From the NCBI GenBank assembly GCA_037444405.1, contig JBBIML010000018.1, forward strand, positions 1 through 64,000: a stretch of DNA of 64,000 bases, in the 5' to 3' direction. Below the pieces are notes generated by a model. That model was given only the letters and a program-made list of their open reading frames with translations, searched no databases and was not told where the DNA came from. The translations under genes were made by a program, and so were the position numbers. Below, piece by piece: positions 28,062-38,105 of this stretch (positions are counted from its first letter, which is position 1; each line of letters begins with the position of its first letter). The DNA is from Armatimonadota bacterium. GTDB taxonomy: Bacteria > Armatimonadota > Fimbriimonadia > Fimbriimonadales > GBS-DC.

Positions 28062-29163
28062 CCCGCTCCACCAGGAACGAGTCGTGCCCCCACGGGCTGT
28101 CGATAATCACATGCTGGGCGCGCTTGCCGAGCGATTGGAGCGTGCGCACCGCCTCTTCCTGACCCTGCGGTGGGAAGAGCCAGTCGGAGGTGAAGCTGAT
28201 GAAGAGCATCTCTGCCTGCACGCGGCTGAGCGCGCGCTCAAGGTCGCCCGCGCCATAGGTCGCCGCGAGGTCGTAGGTGTCCATCGCACGGGTGATGTAG
28301 AGGTAGCAGTAGGGGTCGAACCGTTGCAGGAAGGTGCTGGCTTTATATTCCAGATAGCTCTCCATCTGGAAGGTGATGCCCCAGAAGTCGGGTTCGGGAT
28401 GGCGTTCGCGTCCGAACTTGTGCCAGAGGGCGTCGCTGGAGAGGTAGGAGAGGTGCGCCAGCATGCGGGCGAGCGCCAGCCCACGCCGCGCGCCTGCCTC
28501 CCCGCCTGTCATCAGCCCCATCAGGATGGTCTGACGCTGGATGTGATTGAGCGCAATCACCATCGGGCTGGAGCGGGCAGGCGCGGCAATTACAATCGCC
28601 TTCTGCACGCGCTCCGGATAGCGCACCGCCCACTCGAATGCCCGCATGCCGCCTGTGGAGCCGCCCACCACCGCGTAAACACGCTCGATGCCCAGCCGCT
28701 CCAGCACCACCCGCTCCAGCTCCACCCAGTCGCCGACCGTTATCGGCGGGAAGGTCAAGCCGTACGGTTCGCCCGTAACGGGATTGGTGGAGAGCGGCGA
28801 GGTAGTGCCGTACGGGCTGGCAAGCACATTGATGCAGATGACAAAGAAGCGCTCAGTGTCCAGCGCTTTGCCTGGTCCGACATAGAGGTCCCACCAGCCG
28901 GGCTTGCGGTCGTCAGGATGGTGCCTGCCGGCGGCGTGTGCGCCGCCCGAGAGCGCGTGGCAGAGCAGGATCACATTCTCGCGTTCGGGCGCGAGCGTGC
29001 CGTAGGTCTCGTAGGCGACCTCAACGGGCGCCAGGCGTGCGCCGCAGGCAAGCGTCAGCCCTTCCTCGAGGCGCAGATGCTGAGTCTGCACCAGCCCGAC
29101 GCTGCGCTCGGGCTGTTCGGGCAGCACGGCTGCCCTGCTCTCTGGCTCGTCTAACGGTTTCAT
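27967..29163 (-). CDS. metX: Homoserine O-acetyltransferase
   Basis: YETYG, CHALSG, GWWD, GGSTGG (Ser nucleophile), SDWLF and GHDSFL. Confidence 0.9.
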   Translation of the reverse strand: MKPLDEPESRAAVLPEQPERSVGLVQTQHLRLEEGLTLACGARLAPVEVAYETYGTLAPERENVILLCHALSGGAHAAGRHHPDDRKPGWWDLYVGPGKALDTERFFVICINVLASPYGTTSPLSTNPVTGEPYGLTFPPITVGDWVELERVVLERLGIERVYAVVGGSTGGMRAFEWAVRYPERVQKAIVIAAPARSSPMVIALNHIQRQTILMGLMTGGEAGARRGLALARMLAHLSYLSSDALWHKFGRERHPEPDFWGITFQMESYLEYKASTFLQRFDPYCYLYITRAMDTYDLAATYGAGDLERALSRVQAEMLFISFTSDWLFPPQGQEEAVRTLQSLGKRAQHVIIDSPWGHDSFLVERVKPQLRPVLKAFLEASAPAQTPPQTAGPLAL

Positions 29164-29218
29164 CGGTTGCACTCACCACCCGTGCATGCCCGGTCATCGC
29201 CCGCCATGGCGCGGTCAG

Positions 29219-29782
29219 TCAAGTGGGCGGGCGGTGTGGGGCGCCGCGGCGCACCAGCATGACCGCCACGCGCTCCGGCTTGACCGCCTCGCGCAGCACT
29301 TCCAGCGCGCGTTCCGCCTCCACGCTCTCCGAGCAGAAGAACAGATCGACCGCCGCGTAGCGATGCTCGGGCCAGGTGTGAATCGTGTAGTGCGATTCTT
29401 CGATGATGACCACGCCTGACACGCCGTAGGGTTCGAACTCGTGGAAGAAATGGCTGACGATATTGGCTCTGGAGGCGTGGGCGGCGCGAATAAGCGTGTG
29501 GGCGACCGCGTCGACCCGCTCCAGCGTGCCTGGCTCACAGCCGTACAGCTCCACCAGCAGGTGCGTGCCCAGCGAGCGGCAATCGTCCTGCCGCAGGGTG
29601 GTGGGCGCGAGCTCGATGTCAAATTCATGGGAGCGGATGGGCACGACGGCATGGGTGGACACGGCGCGTGTCAGTCGCATCAGACGCTCGCGCACCCAGC
29701 GCCCAAGCGACGCGACGGGCGCCAGCCAGCCCGTTGCCGACCGCGCAGGTCGGCTCCCCAGCAAACCAACCCGAATAGTCAT
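29219..29782 (-). CDS. speD: S-adenosylmethionine decarboxylase proenzyme (SpeD/SpeH type) with N-terminal extension
   Basis: GTHLLVELYGC, GVSGVVIIEESH (self-cleavage site), HTWPE and AAVDLFFC; AGGAGG SD before 29782. Confidence 0.85.
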   Translation of the reverse strand: MTIRVGLLGSRPARSATGWLAPVASLGRWVRERLMRLTRAVSTHAVVPIRSHEFDIELAPTTLRQDDCRSLGTHLLVELYGCEPGTLERVDAVAHTLIRAAHASRANIVSHFFHEFEPYGVSGVVIIEESHYTIHTWPEHRYAAVDLFFCSESVEAERALEVLREAVKPERVAVMLVRRGAPHRPPT

Positions 29783-30168
29783 CGTTAGCCTCCTGTAGCC
29801 GTCGGACACTGATCGCGCCGACAGCCGTTCAACCGTTTATTTTTCAGCCATCAGGCTGAACCGAGTGCAACACGGCACAAGCCGTGCTGACCCCGGAGGC
29901 GATTTGGGTTTATTTGCGCGGTCGGTTCGGCATGGTGGGTCAACCGCCCTGCAGAGGGCGTTGCCCCGCAGACGCTCAAAAGGGTGAAGCGCCTATGGCG
30001 AGAATCCAAGACGGCAAACGAATCGGGAACGCATTCGCCCACCGCGTTGGACCGCGACATAGCGCCCGCTTCGCCTCCCCCTTTGGGTTCGTCTGCAACC
30101 CGTCGCACGGGCTGCACGCGGGGGCTATTATACCCCATTCGACAAAAAGTCAAGGGCATGCCGCGAAT

Positions 30169-30987
30169 CTACGGCTCCGACTGATAGGGGATCAGCAGCG
30201 AGACGCGGCGATTGGAGTAGTGATAGGGGTCTTTCGGGTTGCGCAGGCGGGTGGCGGCGTAACCCCGCACCTCCGCCACCTGCCCCTGCCATAAACCGCT
30301 CGATTCCATGATGCGCCGCGCCGCGTTCGCCCGATCGGTCGACAGCTCCCAGTTGGAGTAGATTTGCTCATACCGATAGCGGCGAGCGTCGGTGTGTCCC
30401 TCAATCACCACCCGATTGTCCAGCTGACCCACCTCGCGAGCGATGAGCATCAGCAGTTTACGAGCCGCTGGCGTCACCTCCGCGCTGGCGGTCTTGAAAA
30501 ACACCGGCTCGGGTCCCTCAATCAGCTCGATGCGCAGCCCTTCCTTGACGAATTCAATCTTCACATGCTCTTTCAGGCGGGCGAGGTCGGGGATGGTCGC
30601 CAGCGCGGCTTCAAGATACTGCTTGAACGCCTCCAATCGCTCCCGCTCACGCCTTGTCCCTTTCGAGATGCCCGGCGGCTTGAAACCCTCGTTGCCTGAA
30701 GTGTGGGGCAGCTCCATCGTGTTTTTGCCGCCTGGCGGCAGGGCGTCGTTCACCGTGAAGACCGCTTTAGAGCGCATCTGCGCCTCAAAGAAGCCGGTCG
30801 GGTCACGAAAGTAGCCTGCAATCGCTTTGCGAATCTCCTGATCCAGCCCCACAATCCACATTACGAGGAAAAACGCCATCATGGCGGTCACGAAGTCGGC
30901 GTAGGCGACCTTCCATGCGCCGCCGTGATGCCCATGCCCGCCCTTTTTGCGTTTAACGACCCGAATTTCGCCTTCTGCCTGTGCCAT
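30169..30987 (-). CDS. motB: Flagellar stator MotB
   Basis: HGGAWKVAYADFVTAMMAFF and an OmpA-like domain (IEGHTD, NWELSTDRA, NRRV). Confidence 0.93.
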   Translation of the reverse strand: MAQAEGEIRVVKRKKGGHGHHGGAWKVAYADFVTAMMAFFLVMWIVGLDQEIRKAIAGYFRDPTGFFEAQMRSKAVFTVNDALPPGGKNTMELPHTSGNEGFKPPGISKGTRRERERLEAFKQYLEAALATIPDLARLKEHVKIEFVKEGLRIELIEGPEPVFFKTASAEVTPAARKLLMLIAREVGQLDNRVVIEGHTDARRYRYEQIYSNWELSTDRANAARRIMESSGLWQGQVAEVRGYAATRLRNPKDPYHYSNRRVSLLIPYQSEP

Positions 30988-30996
30988 CGCGCCTCC

Positions 30997-31875
30997 TTAT
31001 GCTGCCTGCGCTGCCGCTGCGCTGCTGGTGTTGCGCACCGCCTCCTCCATCTCCGGGAAGCTCGGTCGCAGGGTGGGTTCGATGCTGCGGCGGGCGAACT
31101 CGATGCATGTCAGCGGCGCGTCGCCCCGCGCGAACGCAATCAGCGCCTGCCGAATGCACTGCAGGTACTGCTCCTCGGGATGCACATTGTTTTCCACAGC
31201 GGACGCCAGCGGCTGGAAGATTCCATAAGCCGAAAGCACGCCGAGGAAGGTTCCCACCAGCGCGGAGGCGACCTTATGCCCGATTTCTTCGGGTGGACCA
31301 TCGATTGCGCCCATCGTGATGACCACGCCCAGCACCGCCGCGACAATCCCGAAGCCGGGCATCGCGTCGCCCACCCGGCTTAACACATGCGCGGGCTTCA
31401 TCGCCTCTTCGTGGTGGCGCTCGATGTCCATCTCGGTCATCTCCGCCAGTTCGAACGCGCCCACCGCGCCCGTCAGCACCACCTTCATCGTGTCGCACAG
31501 GAACGCCAGCGCGTGATGGTTGTTCAGAAGCCCCGGAAACTGCTGGAACAGCGTGCTTTCGTGCGGACGCTCCACATGCTGCTCCAGCGCGAGCAATCCT
31601 TCCTTGCGGGCAAGCGTGAACAGCGCGAACAGCGCACGCAACAGCTCTAAAAAACTCTCCTTCTTGTAGGGGCTGCCCTTGAGTGTGCCCAGCACCGCCT
31701 TGATGACCTGACTGATAATGGCGGGTGGGTTGCCCACCAGCATGGAGCCAATCGCAGCGCCCCCGATAATGATGAACTCCGAAATCTGGATGAGCGCGGC
31801 GACCTTGCCTCCGTGCATCAGGAACCCGCCCAGTATCGCACCGAACAGCACCAGCGTGCCAACAATAACAAACAT
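30997..31875 (-). CDS. motA: Flagellar stator MotA
   Basis: EFIIIGG, RKEGLLALE, PGFGIVAAVLG and ALVGTFLG. Confidence 0.93.
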   Translation of the reverse strand: MFVIVGTLVLFGAILGGFLMHGGKVAALIQISEFIIIGGAAIGSMLVGNPPAIISQVIKAVLGTLKGSPYKKESFLELLRALFALFTLARKEGLLALEQHVERPHESTLFQQFPGLLNNHHALAFLCDTMKVVLTGAVGAFELAEMTEMDIERHHEEAMKPAHVLSRVGDAMPGFGIVAAVLGVVITMGAIDGPPEEIGHKVASALVGTFLGVLSAYGIFQPLASAVENNVHPEEQYLQCIRQALIAFARGDAPLTCIEFARRSIEPTLRPSFPEMEEAVRNTSSAAAAQAA

Positions 31876-31985
31876 CCAGCCCCAAACGCCTCCTGTGCAG
31901 CAGTTATTCCACTTCAGGCGAACAAAAAGCAGGTAAGTTTCGGGAGTTGGAAAGGACAGGAAAACAGGGATGCCCGTAAAATTAC

Positions 31986-33392
31986 TTGATGATCGAGATG
32001 GGCATCCTTGCGTGGAGTGTGGCAGCGGTCGGTTTTGCGGGTGGGTTCGTGGCGGCGCTGATGGCGCGGCGGCAGGCGGGCGTGCCCGCCTTCGCGTTGC
32101 CCACACTGTGGCTGTTGAGCGTGCTGGCGTTCGGCTTGACCCTGCCGACGGAACCGCCCCCGACCTTTCAGCCCGGTGGAATGCTGGGCTGGGGCATTCT
32201 GCTGACCTCAGGCTTATGGCTGATCAGCGCGTTTGTCGCGACGTGCAAGGGCTGGGACTGGCTGGGCGCCGCTTTGCCCCTGATTGCGCCCGTGCTGGCG
32301 TTGACCTTCGCGCGGGGCTATTCCTTGCCCGCGCTGTGGGGGATAAGCATCGCGACGGTGCTGGCGTGGTGCCTTCTGCGCGGCGTCTGGGGCGTGGTCG
32401 GGAGCGTCGCGCTGAGCGTGCTATCGCTCACGCTGATGACAGGGCTGGCTTTGTATGCCGGTGCGCCACGCTGGTACGGGGTGTGCGTTGCTGGTGGGGC
32501 GGTGGTCGCGCTGTGGCTGATTGCGTGGCGGTCGCGTCAGGCACCGCTCGGCTGGTGGTGGGCGCATGTGCTGACCTTCGGCGCGTTCACGCTGACGGCG
32601 CTCGGCTATCACCTGTCGGGTGTGGAGGGGCGGTGGCTCTATCTGGTGCTGCTGGCGCTGATTGCCGTGACGCTCGCGCGCGGGCTGGGCGGCGTGGGCG
32701 AGTGGAGCCGCTATGCCCTGCTGGTGTGGGTCGCGCTGTTCGCAGGCGTGTTCGCTCTTCAGCGCGGCTTCGGGCTGGCGTCCTGTGCGCTGATGGTCAG
32801 CCTCTACGCGATGGTGATGGCGCACGAGCGCAGGGTTCAGACGGAGCCGTCGGAGCGCGAGCTGTATCGTGTCGGCGCGGTGCTGCTCACCTTCCTGAGC
32901 GCGTTTCGGCTGTTCGTGCTAAGTTATCCGTTGCGCCCGCCGCGCGCCGATTTATACACACATTACGCGCTGGTCGGCTTTTTGCTGGCGCTGGTGGGGC
33001 TGGGCGTGCTGGCGCTCTGGTGGCAGCGAGGCGAGCGGGCGCCGCTTATGCGCGTATTGATGGCAGGCTTCTGGGCGGCAGGTCTGCCCTTGCTGTTAGG
33101 CGCGCTGTTTGGCGAGCGGGCGACGGCGGGCTGGCTGGCGGGCGCGCTTGCCGCCGCGCTCAGTGCGTACCTCTATAGCCCCGATCAGCCCGATTCGCCC
33201 CCGCTTACCGAATGGCTCTATCCGCTCGCCTTCGCAGGCGCAGCCATCGCGCTGCCGCTCACCGAGCTCGTGGTGCCCTATGCCGACCTGACGCGCCAGA
33301 CACGCATGTATATCGTCACAGGCGCGGGCGGGCTGCTGGCGTTAAGCCTGCTGATTGCCTTCCTTCTGGAACGACGGGTTCAGCGGACCTGA
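31986..33392 (+). CDS. Polytopic membrane protein of unknown function
   Basis: Long ORF of many consecutive hydrophobic segments; no recognised motif. Confidence 0.65.
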   Translation: MMIEMGILAWSVAAVGFAGGFVAALMARRQAGVPAFALPTLWLLSVLAFGLTLPTEPPPTFQPGGMLGWGILLTSGLWLISAFVATCKGWDWLGAALPLIAPVLALTFARGYSLPALWGISIATVLAWCLLRGVWGVVGSVALSVLSLTLMTGLALYAGAPRWYGVCVAGGAVVALWLIAWRSRQAPLGWWWAHVLTFGAFTLTALGYHLSGVEGRWLYLVLLALIAVTLARGLGGVGEWSRYALLVWVALFAGVFALQRGFGLASCALMVSLYAMVMAHERRVQTEPSERELYRVGAVLLTFLSAFRLFVLSYPLRPPRADLYTHYALVGFLLALVGLGVLALWWQRGERAPLMRVLMAGFWAAGLPLLLGALFGERATAGWLAGALAAALSAYLYSPDQPDSPPLTEWLYPLAFAGAAIALPLTELVVPYADLTRQTRMYIVTGAGGLLALSLLIAFLLERRVQRT

Positions 33393-33439
33393 AAAGCAGG
33401 AACAGGCTTCAACTTCGCGAATCAGCAGGAGCGATTCGG

Positions 33440-34345
33440 ATGAGCGCGTTTTCATTTCCGAAGCGGGTGCGGGTGGTGGAGGTCGGGGCACGCGACGGGC
33501 TGCAGAACGAGCCGACCTTCGTGCCGACCGAAGCGAAAATTCGCTTCATCGAGATGCTGGCGGAGGCGGGGCTATCGGTGGTGGAGGCGACCTCGTTCGT
33601 CAGCCCGCGCTGGGTGCCCCAGCTTGCCGACGCCGAGCAGGTGCTGATGGGGCTTCGGCGGCTATCAGGCGTGCGCTATCCCGTGCTGGTTCCGAACCTT
33701 AAGGGACTGGAGCGGGCGCTGACGGCTGGCGCGCGCGAAATCGCCATCTTCACCGCCGCCTCCGAGACCTTCTGCCAGAAGAATCTCAATCGCACAATAG
33801 AGCAGTCGCTGCAGGAGTTCGAGCAGGTGGTGGCGCAGGCGCGTCAGGCGGGTCTGTGGGTGCGGGCGTACATCTCGACGGCGTTCGTGTGCCCCTATGA
33901 GGGCATCATCAGCCCCGATAAAGTGTTGCCCATCGTGGAACGGCTGCTAACGATGGGCGTGGACGAGATCAGCCTCGGCGACACGATAGGCGCCGCTGTG
34001 CCCACACAGGTCGCCCAGCTGACCGAGCGATTGCAGGGTGTGTTGCCGCTGGAACAGCTCGCTTATCACTTTCACGACACCTACGGGATGGCGCTGGCGA
34101 ATGTGCTGATGGCGTTGCAGATAGGCGTGTCGATTTTTGATAGCAGTGCGGGCGGGCTGGGCGGCTGTCCCTTCGCGCCCGGCGCAGCGGGCAACCTCGC
34201 CACCGAAGACCTGCTCACCATGCTGCACGGGATGGGCATCGAGACGGGCGTCGATCAGCGGAAGGTCGCTGAGGCGGCGCGTTATATTTTGCAATATCTC
34301 CAGCGGGGCACGCCGCCGAGCCGATTCCTGCAGGCGTGTCGTTGA
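33440..34345 (+). CDS. Hydroxymethylglutaryl-CoA lyase
   Basis: EVGARDGLQNE, LGDTIG, HFHDTYG and GGLGGCPFAPGAAGN. Confidence 0.92.
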   Translation: MSAFSFPKRVRVVEVGARDGLQNEPTFVPTEAKIRFIEMLAEAGLSVVEATSFVSPRWVPQLADAEQVLMGLRRLSGVRYPVLVPNLKGLERALTAGAREIAIFTAASETFCQKNLNRTIEQSLQEFEQVVAQARQAGLWVRAYISTAFVCPYEGIISPDKVLPIVERLLTMGVDEISLGDTIGAAVPTQVAQLTERLQGVLPLEQLAYHFHDTYGMALANVLMALQIGVSIFDSSAGGLGGCPFAPGAAGNLATEDLLTMLHGMGIETGVDQRKVAEAARYILQYLQRGTPPSRFLQACR

Positions 34346-34349
34346 TGCG

Positions 34350-35792
34350 CTATGCCTGCTGTTTCGCCTGCTGCCAGAGGGCTTCCCACTCGTCGGGCGT
34401 GAGCGATTCGAGGGTGCGTCCCTGCTGAGCGGCGGTCTGCTCCATCCATTGGAAGCGCTGGATGAATCGATCGACCATGCGGCGCAGGCTCTCTTCAGGG
34501 TTCAGCCCCGCGTGGCGGGCGATGTTCACCGCCGTGAATAGCAGGTCGCCGATCTCGGCATCGATGCGTTCTTCCGAGCCGCTTTCGATGGCGCGGCGCA
34601 GCTCGCGCTCCTCTTCTTCGAGTTTCTCCAGCACACCCTGAATGTTTTCCCACTCGAAGCCTGCGCGGGAGGCGCGGCGGGAGACCTCCAGCGCCCGCAA
34701 CAGGGCTGGCATCGAGCGCGGGATGCCCTCCAGAATCGAGGCGTGCGCTCGCTGCTCGCGCTTGAGCCGATCCCAGTTGCGCAGCACCTCGTCGGCGTTC
34801 TCCAGCGCGACATCGCCGAACACATGCGGATGGCGCTGAACCAACTTGTCGTTCAATCGCTGAACCACCTGATAGATGTCGAACGCGCCGCGCTCCTTCG
34901 CCAGCTGGCTGTGCAGCATCACCTGCAGCAGCAGGTCGCCCAGCTCCTCGCACAGTTTATCGGCGTCGCCCGAATCGAGGGCGTCGATCACCTCGTACGC
35001 CTCCTCAATCAGGAATGGCTTGAGGCTTTCGTGGGTCTGCTCACGGTCCCACGGGCAGCCTTCAGGGCTGCGCAGGATGGCGACAATCTCTGCCAGCCCA
35101 TCGAATCCTTCGAAGCGGCGCTGGCGTTGTGGTGCAGGTGGCACGAACAGGCTGGTGAGCGGGTCGTACCGCTGCTGGTCTAACTGTTCCAGCGGCACCG
35201 TTTTGACCTCCGTTGCGCCCTCGATGCCCGCGGCATGCACCAGCTTGACGGGGAAATCGGGCGGGTAGTGGCGCAGGAGTTCGGTCTGCACACGGCACAC
35301 CAGTTCGGGCGATTCTAACTGATAATAAATCTGCGCCAGGTTCGGGTTCGGTTGCACGCGGGGCAGGGTGCCGGCATCCAGCAGTTGCAGTCCGTGGCTC
35401 AGGGTGTAGCCGACGGCTTCCAGCACAGGTTCTACGAAGCTGCGGCTGGGCACCAGGCGTGTGGGGATGCCCTCCTGCTGGGCGCGTTCGAGAATGATTC
35501 GCACCGAATCTTCGGCGATGAGGGGGTGTCCGGGCACGGCGTAGGCGATGGGGCTGGCTTCTTGCGCAGCGTTCAGCACGAACTCGGCGATGCGATAGGC
35601 GCGCGCATTCGCATCCGCATCGGGCGCCAGCTCGTCCAGCGATTCGAAGGTGATGCCCGCCAGGCGCAATGTGGTGGCAGCGGGGTGGCTGGCGGTCCGC
35701 AACAGCACCCGCTGGGCGCGTCGAAGCGCGCCCAACGCCTCTGCGCTCATCTCCCGCGCACCGCCTGCCCCCAGCCCCACCAGATAGATCAT
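34350..35792 (-). CDS. mazG: Tetrapyrrole methylase-like / MazG NTP pyrophosphohydrolase fusion (YabN type)
   Basis: LVGLGAG, YAVPGHP, GCPWDREQTH, EELGDLL and RHPHVFG. Confidence 0.92.
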   Translation of the reverse strand: MIYLVGLGAGGAREMSAEALGALRRAQRVLLRTASHPAATTLRLAGITFESLDELAPDADANARAYRIAEFVLNAAQEASPIAYAVPGHPLIAEDSVRIILERAQQEGIPTRLVPSRSFVEPVLEAVGYTLSHGLQLLDAGTLPRVQPNPNLAQIYYQLESPELVCRVQTELLRHYPPDFPVKLVHAAGIEGATEVKTVPLEQLDQQRYDPLTSLFVPPAPQRQRRFEGFDGLAEIVAILRSPEGCPWDREQTHESLKPFLIEEAYEVIDALDSGDADKLCEELGDLLLQVMLHSQLAKERGAFDIYQVVQRLNDKLVQRHPHVFGDVALENADEVLRNWDRLKREQRAHASILEGIPRSMPALLRALEVSRRASRAGFEWENIQGVLEKLEEEERELRRAIESGSEERIDAEIGDLLFTAVNIARHAGLNPEESLRRMVDRFIQRFQWMEQTAAQQGRTLESLTPDEWEALWQQAKQQA

Positions 35793-35807
35793 TGCAAGAC
35801 CAGCCTG

Positions 35808-36857
35808 TTAACGAGTCGAGCCTGCCGGATTGGTCTGGCTCGTTTGCTTCGCCTGCTCCTCCAGCGACTTGCGTGCCTGCTCCAGGTCTTTTTCGTAGCG
35901 CTCTTTCCAGCGCGGGTTGAGAATCTCGACCTTCGCCTTGGTAACGGCGCGGGCAATCTCGACATCGATGTCCCGATTTTTCTGGGCACCCTTTTGCAAC
36001 AGCAGTTGCTCGCGGATAGTGTCTTTCACCTCCTCGAAGGGCAGCTGGCGGCCGGGCAGGTGGGTGATAATCTCATATCGGACTGCTGTGTTGTTTCCCA
36101 GTTCGATCCAGTCGGTTACCTGTCCCACTCTGGCATTTTGCAGAGTGCGGCGAATCTGCCGGATCAGCGCCTCTTCCGCCTGATTCCGTGCCCGAATCTC
36201 CCCCTCGATGGGGATCTCGGTTTCACCTGCCTGCGTATTGATGGCGGGGTTCTGGGAATATTTCTGCACGATGCTCTGGAAACTGAAACCGCGCTTGAGG
36301 TCGTCGTCAATCTGCTTTCGGATAATGGGATTGCCCACCTGCACTGCTCGCACGCGAACCGAGGCAGGGCGATAGAAAGCGCGTTTATTCTGCTCGTAGA
36401 ACTGCTTAACCTCCTGCTCGGTGACGGTGACGCCGCGCGTGATAAGGTTAAAGTAGGCGAGGGCAACCCGAACCTGCTGCCGATATTCGTCCAGCGTCAT
36501 GATTTTTTGTTCGGTGATGGCTTGCTTGGTCTGGGGGTTGTTCTTGAACTCGCGTTCGACACGCTCTTCGACCTGTTTATCGGTGGGCATCACGCCCTTC
36601 TCCCTCGCCATTTGCAACAGCACCTGCTCGCGGATCATTGTGAGCAGCACGGCGTAGCCCGCCGGGACCGTTGTGAGCTGGTTTGGTCCAATCTGGACAG
36701 GCACACTGACCAGTTCGAGTCGTCGGTAATACTCCTCGCGGGGTATCTGATTATCGTTGATTTTGGCGACAGGCTGCTCGCCAGAACGGCATGCGGGCAA
36801 CATCAACGCCGCTATCAGCCCCATACTCCAGTAGATGCCAATTGAAAGTTTCATCAT
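35808..36857 (-). CDS. PrsA/SurA-like foldase lipoprotein
   Basis: Lipobox LPAC, VAKIND, EVKQFYEQN and PFEEVKDTI. Confidence 0.75.
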   Translation of the reverse strand: MMKLSIGIYWSMGLIAALMLPACRSGEQPVAKINDNQIPREEYYRRLELVSVPVQIGPNQLTTVPAGYAVLLTMIREQVLLQMAREKGVMPTDKQVEERVEREFKNNPQTKQAITEQKIMTLDEYRQQVRVALAYFNLITRGVTVTEQEVKQFYEQNKRAFYRPASVRVRAVQVGNPIIRKQIDDDLKRGFSFQSIVQKYSQNPAINTQAGETEIPIEGEIRARNQAEEALIRQIRRTLQNARVGQVTDWIELGNNTAVRYEIITHLPGRQLPFEEVKDTIREQLLLQKGAQKNRDIDVEIARAVTKAKVEILNPRWKERYEKDLEQARKSLEEQAKQTSQTNPAGSTR

Positions 36858-37321
36858 TCCTCCTCCGAATGTCGTCGCTGCAAGTTGAGAATGAGTTCCA
36901 CTTCGCCCGGTGCATAGCCCGTTTGATGGGCGATTTCCTGGATGCTCAAGCCCTGTTGCGCCAGCACGGCGACGGTGCCAAAAGCGCGTGGCTCATTCTC
37001 GCCTATTTTATACCCGACAACAGGGGTTGGGGTTTCCACAGGGGGCGATTCGGTGGTGGTCTCTGGTGGTGGCTGCGGGGACTGCGCGGCGTTCAGCGCC
37101 TGCTGGAGCGCGTGGATGGCGGCTTGCACGCGCGCCTCAGCGGATTCGGCTTCCCGGGTGAGCCGTTGCAGGAGCGCGTCGATGGTACGGCGCAGCTCTT
37201 CCATCTCGCCGGTGAGCGACTGGCGTGCCGCCTGCGCCCGCAACTCCGCCTGCGCCCGCAGGAAGAGCAGCCAGCCTGCTACCAGCAGCAGCGCCTGCAG
37301 CAGCACCATCATCTCTGCCAT
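36854..37321 (-). CDS. TM + coiled-coil + C-terminal HTH-like protein
   Basis: N-terminal TM helix and C-terminal GLSIQEIAHQTGYAPGEVELILNL. Confidence 0.7.
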   Translation of the reverse strand: MAEMMVLLQALLLVAGWLLFLRAQAELRAQAARQSLTGEMEELRRTIDALLQRLTREAESAEARVQAAIHALQQALNAAQSPQPPPETTTESPPVETPTPVVGYKIGENEPRAFGTVAVLAQQGLSIQEIAHQTGYAPGEVELILNLQRRHSEEE

Positions 37322-37333
37322 AGCAACATCTCC

Positions 37334-37504
37334 TCACACTTCCACATCGAGCTGGCGTGCCTCGCTCTCGTCGGGCGGCTGCTCCTCGCCCGGTTTCGGG
37401 CGCGGTGGGGGACGACGCGGCTGGTTCGGCTGGTCCCGCACCGGCTGGACCCGCACCGGCTCACGCGGCAGCACCCGCTCCGGTGGGCGAATACCCTCCG
37501 CCAT
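37334..37504 (-). CDS. 56-aa small protein not in the ORF track
   Basis: SD GAGGTGAGG; MAEGIRPPERVLPREPVRVQPVRDQPNQPRRPPPRPKPGEEQPPDESEARQLDVEV*; fills the gap in a co-oriented run. Confidence 0.6.
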   Translation of the reverse strand: MAEGIRPPERVLPREPVRVQPVRDQPNQPRRPPPRPKPGEEQPPDESEARQLDVEV

Positions 37505-37576
37505 GATGTCCTCACCTCATGGGGATTATCGGTATTTTGGTCAAAAAAGTGGAAGGTGTGCGCTCGCAGGTTCGCT

Positions 37577-38089
37577 TCAGGAGGCGCTCTCCGGACTGGC
37601 AGCACGGTCGTCGATCAGGGCGTGTGAACCCTCCGGGGGAGCCATCTCCAGCGCCTGCAGGTGTGAAAGCAGCACAGAGCGCAGTTCGATAATCAGCGTG
37701 CGTTTGCGGGTTTCGAGAGCCTCGATTTCGTTCAGCAGGTGCTGGATTCGCGCTTCCGCTTCGCGCCGCATCTGCTCGGCTTGCTGACGCGCCGCCTGCA
37801 GAATCAGCTCCGCTTCGCGATGGGCGTTCGCACGGGTCTCATCCGCGCTTTTTTGAGCCAGCACCAGCGACTCCTTGAGTGTGTTTTCTAAAGTGCGATA
37901 GCGCTGCACCTCCTCCCGCAAGCCAATCAGCTCCTCGCGCAGCTGCTGATTCTCGGTCAGCACCTCTTCATAGCAGGCGGCGACTTCCTGCAGGAAAGCT
38001 TCCACCGCCGTCGGGTCGTACCCGCGCAGGCGGCGGCGGAACTTTCGGGTCTCAATCTCCAGCACCGTCAGCCGTTTTGCCTCGTTCAT
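37577..38089 (-). CDS. divIVA: DivIVA domain protein
   Basis: LTVLEIETRKFRRRLRGYDPTAVEAFL followed by a coiled coil. Confidence 0.88.
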   Translation of the reverse strand: MNEAKRLTVLEIETRKFRRRLRGYDPTAVEAFLQEVAACYEEVLTENQQLREELIGLREEVQRYRTLENTLKESLVLAQKSADETRANAHREAELILQAARQQAEQMRREAEARIQHLLNEIEALETRKRTLIIELRSVLLSHLQALEMAPPEGSHALIDDRAASPESAS

Positions 38090-38105
38090 CGCTGTTGATC
38101 CTGAT

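Noticed and set aside
30012..30040. c-di-GMP-I riboswitch (GGCAAAC) near motB
   Set aside because: The GNRA loop and GACGCAA elements are missing, and no gene follows on that strand.
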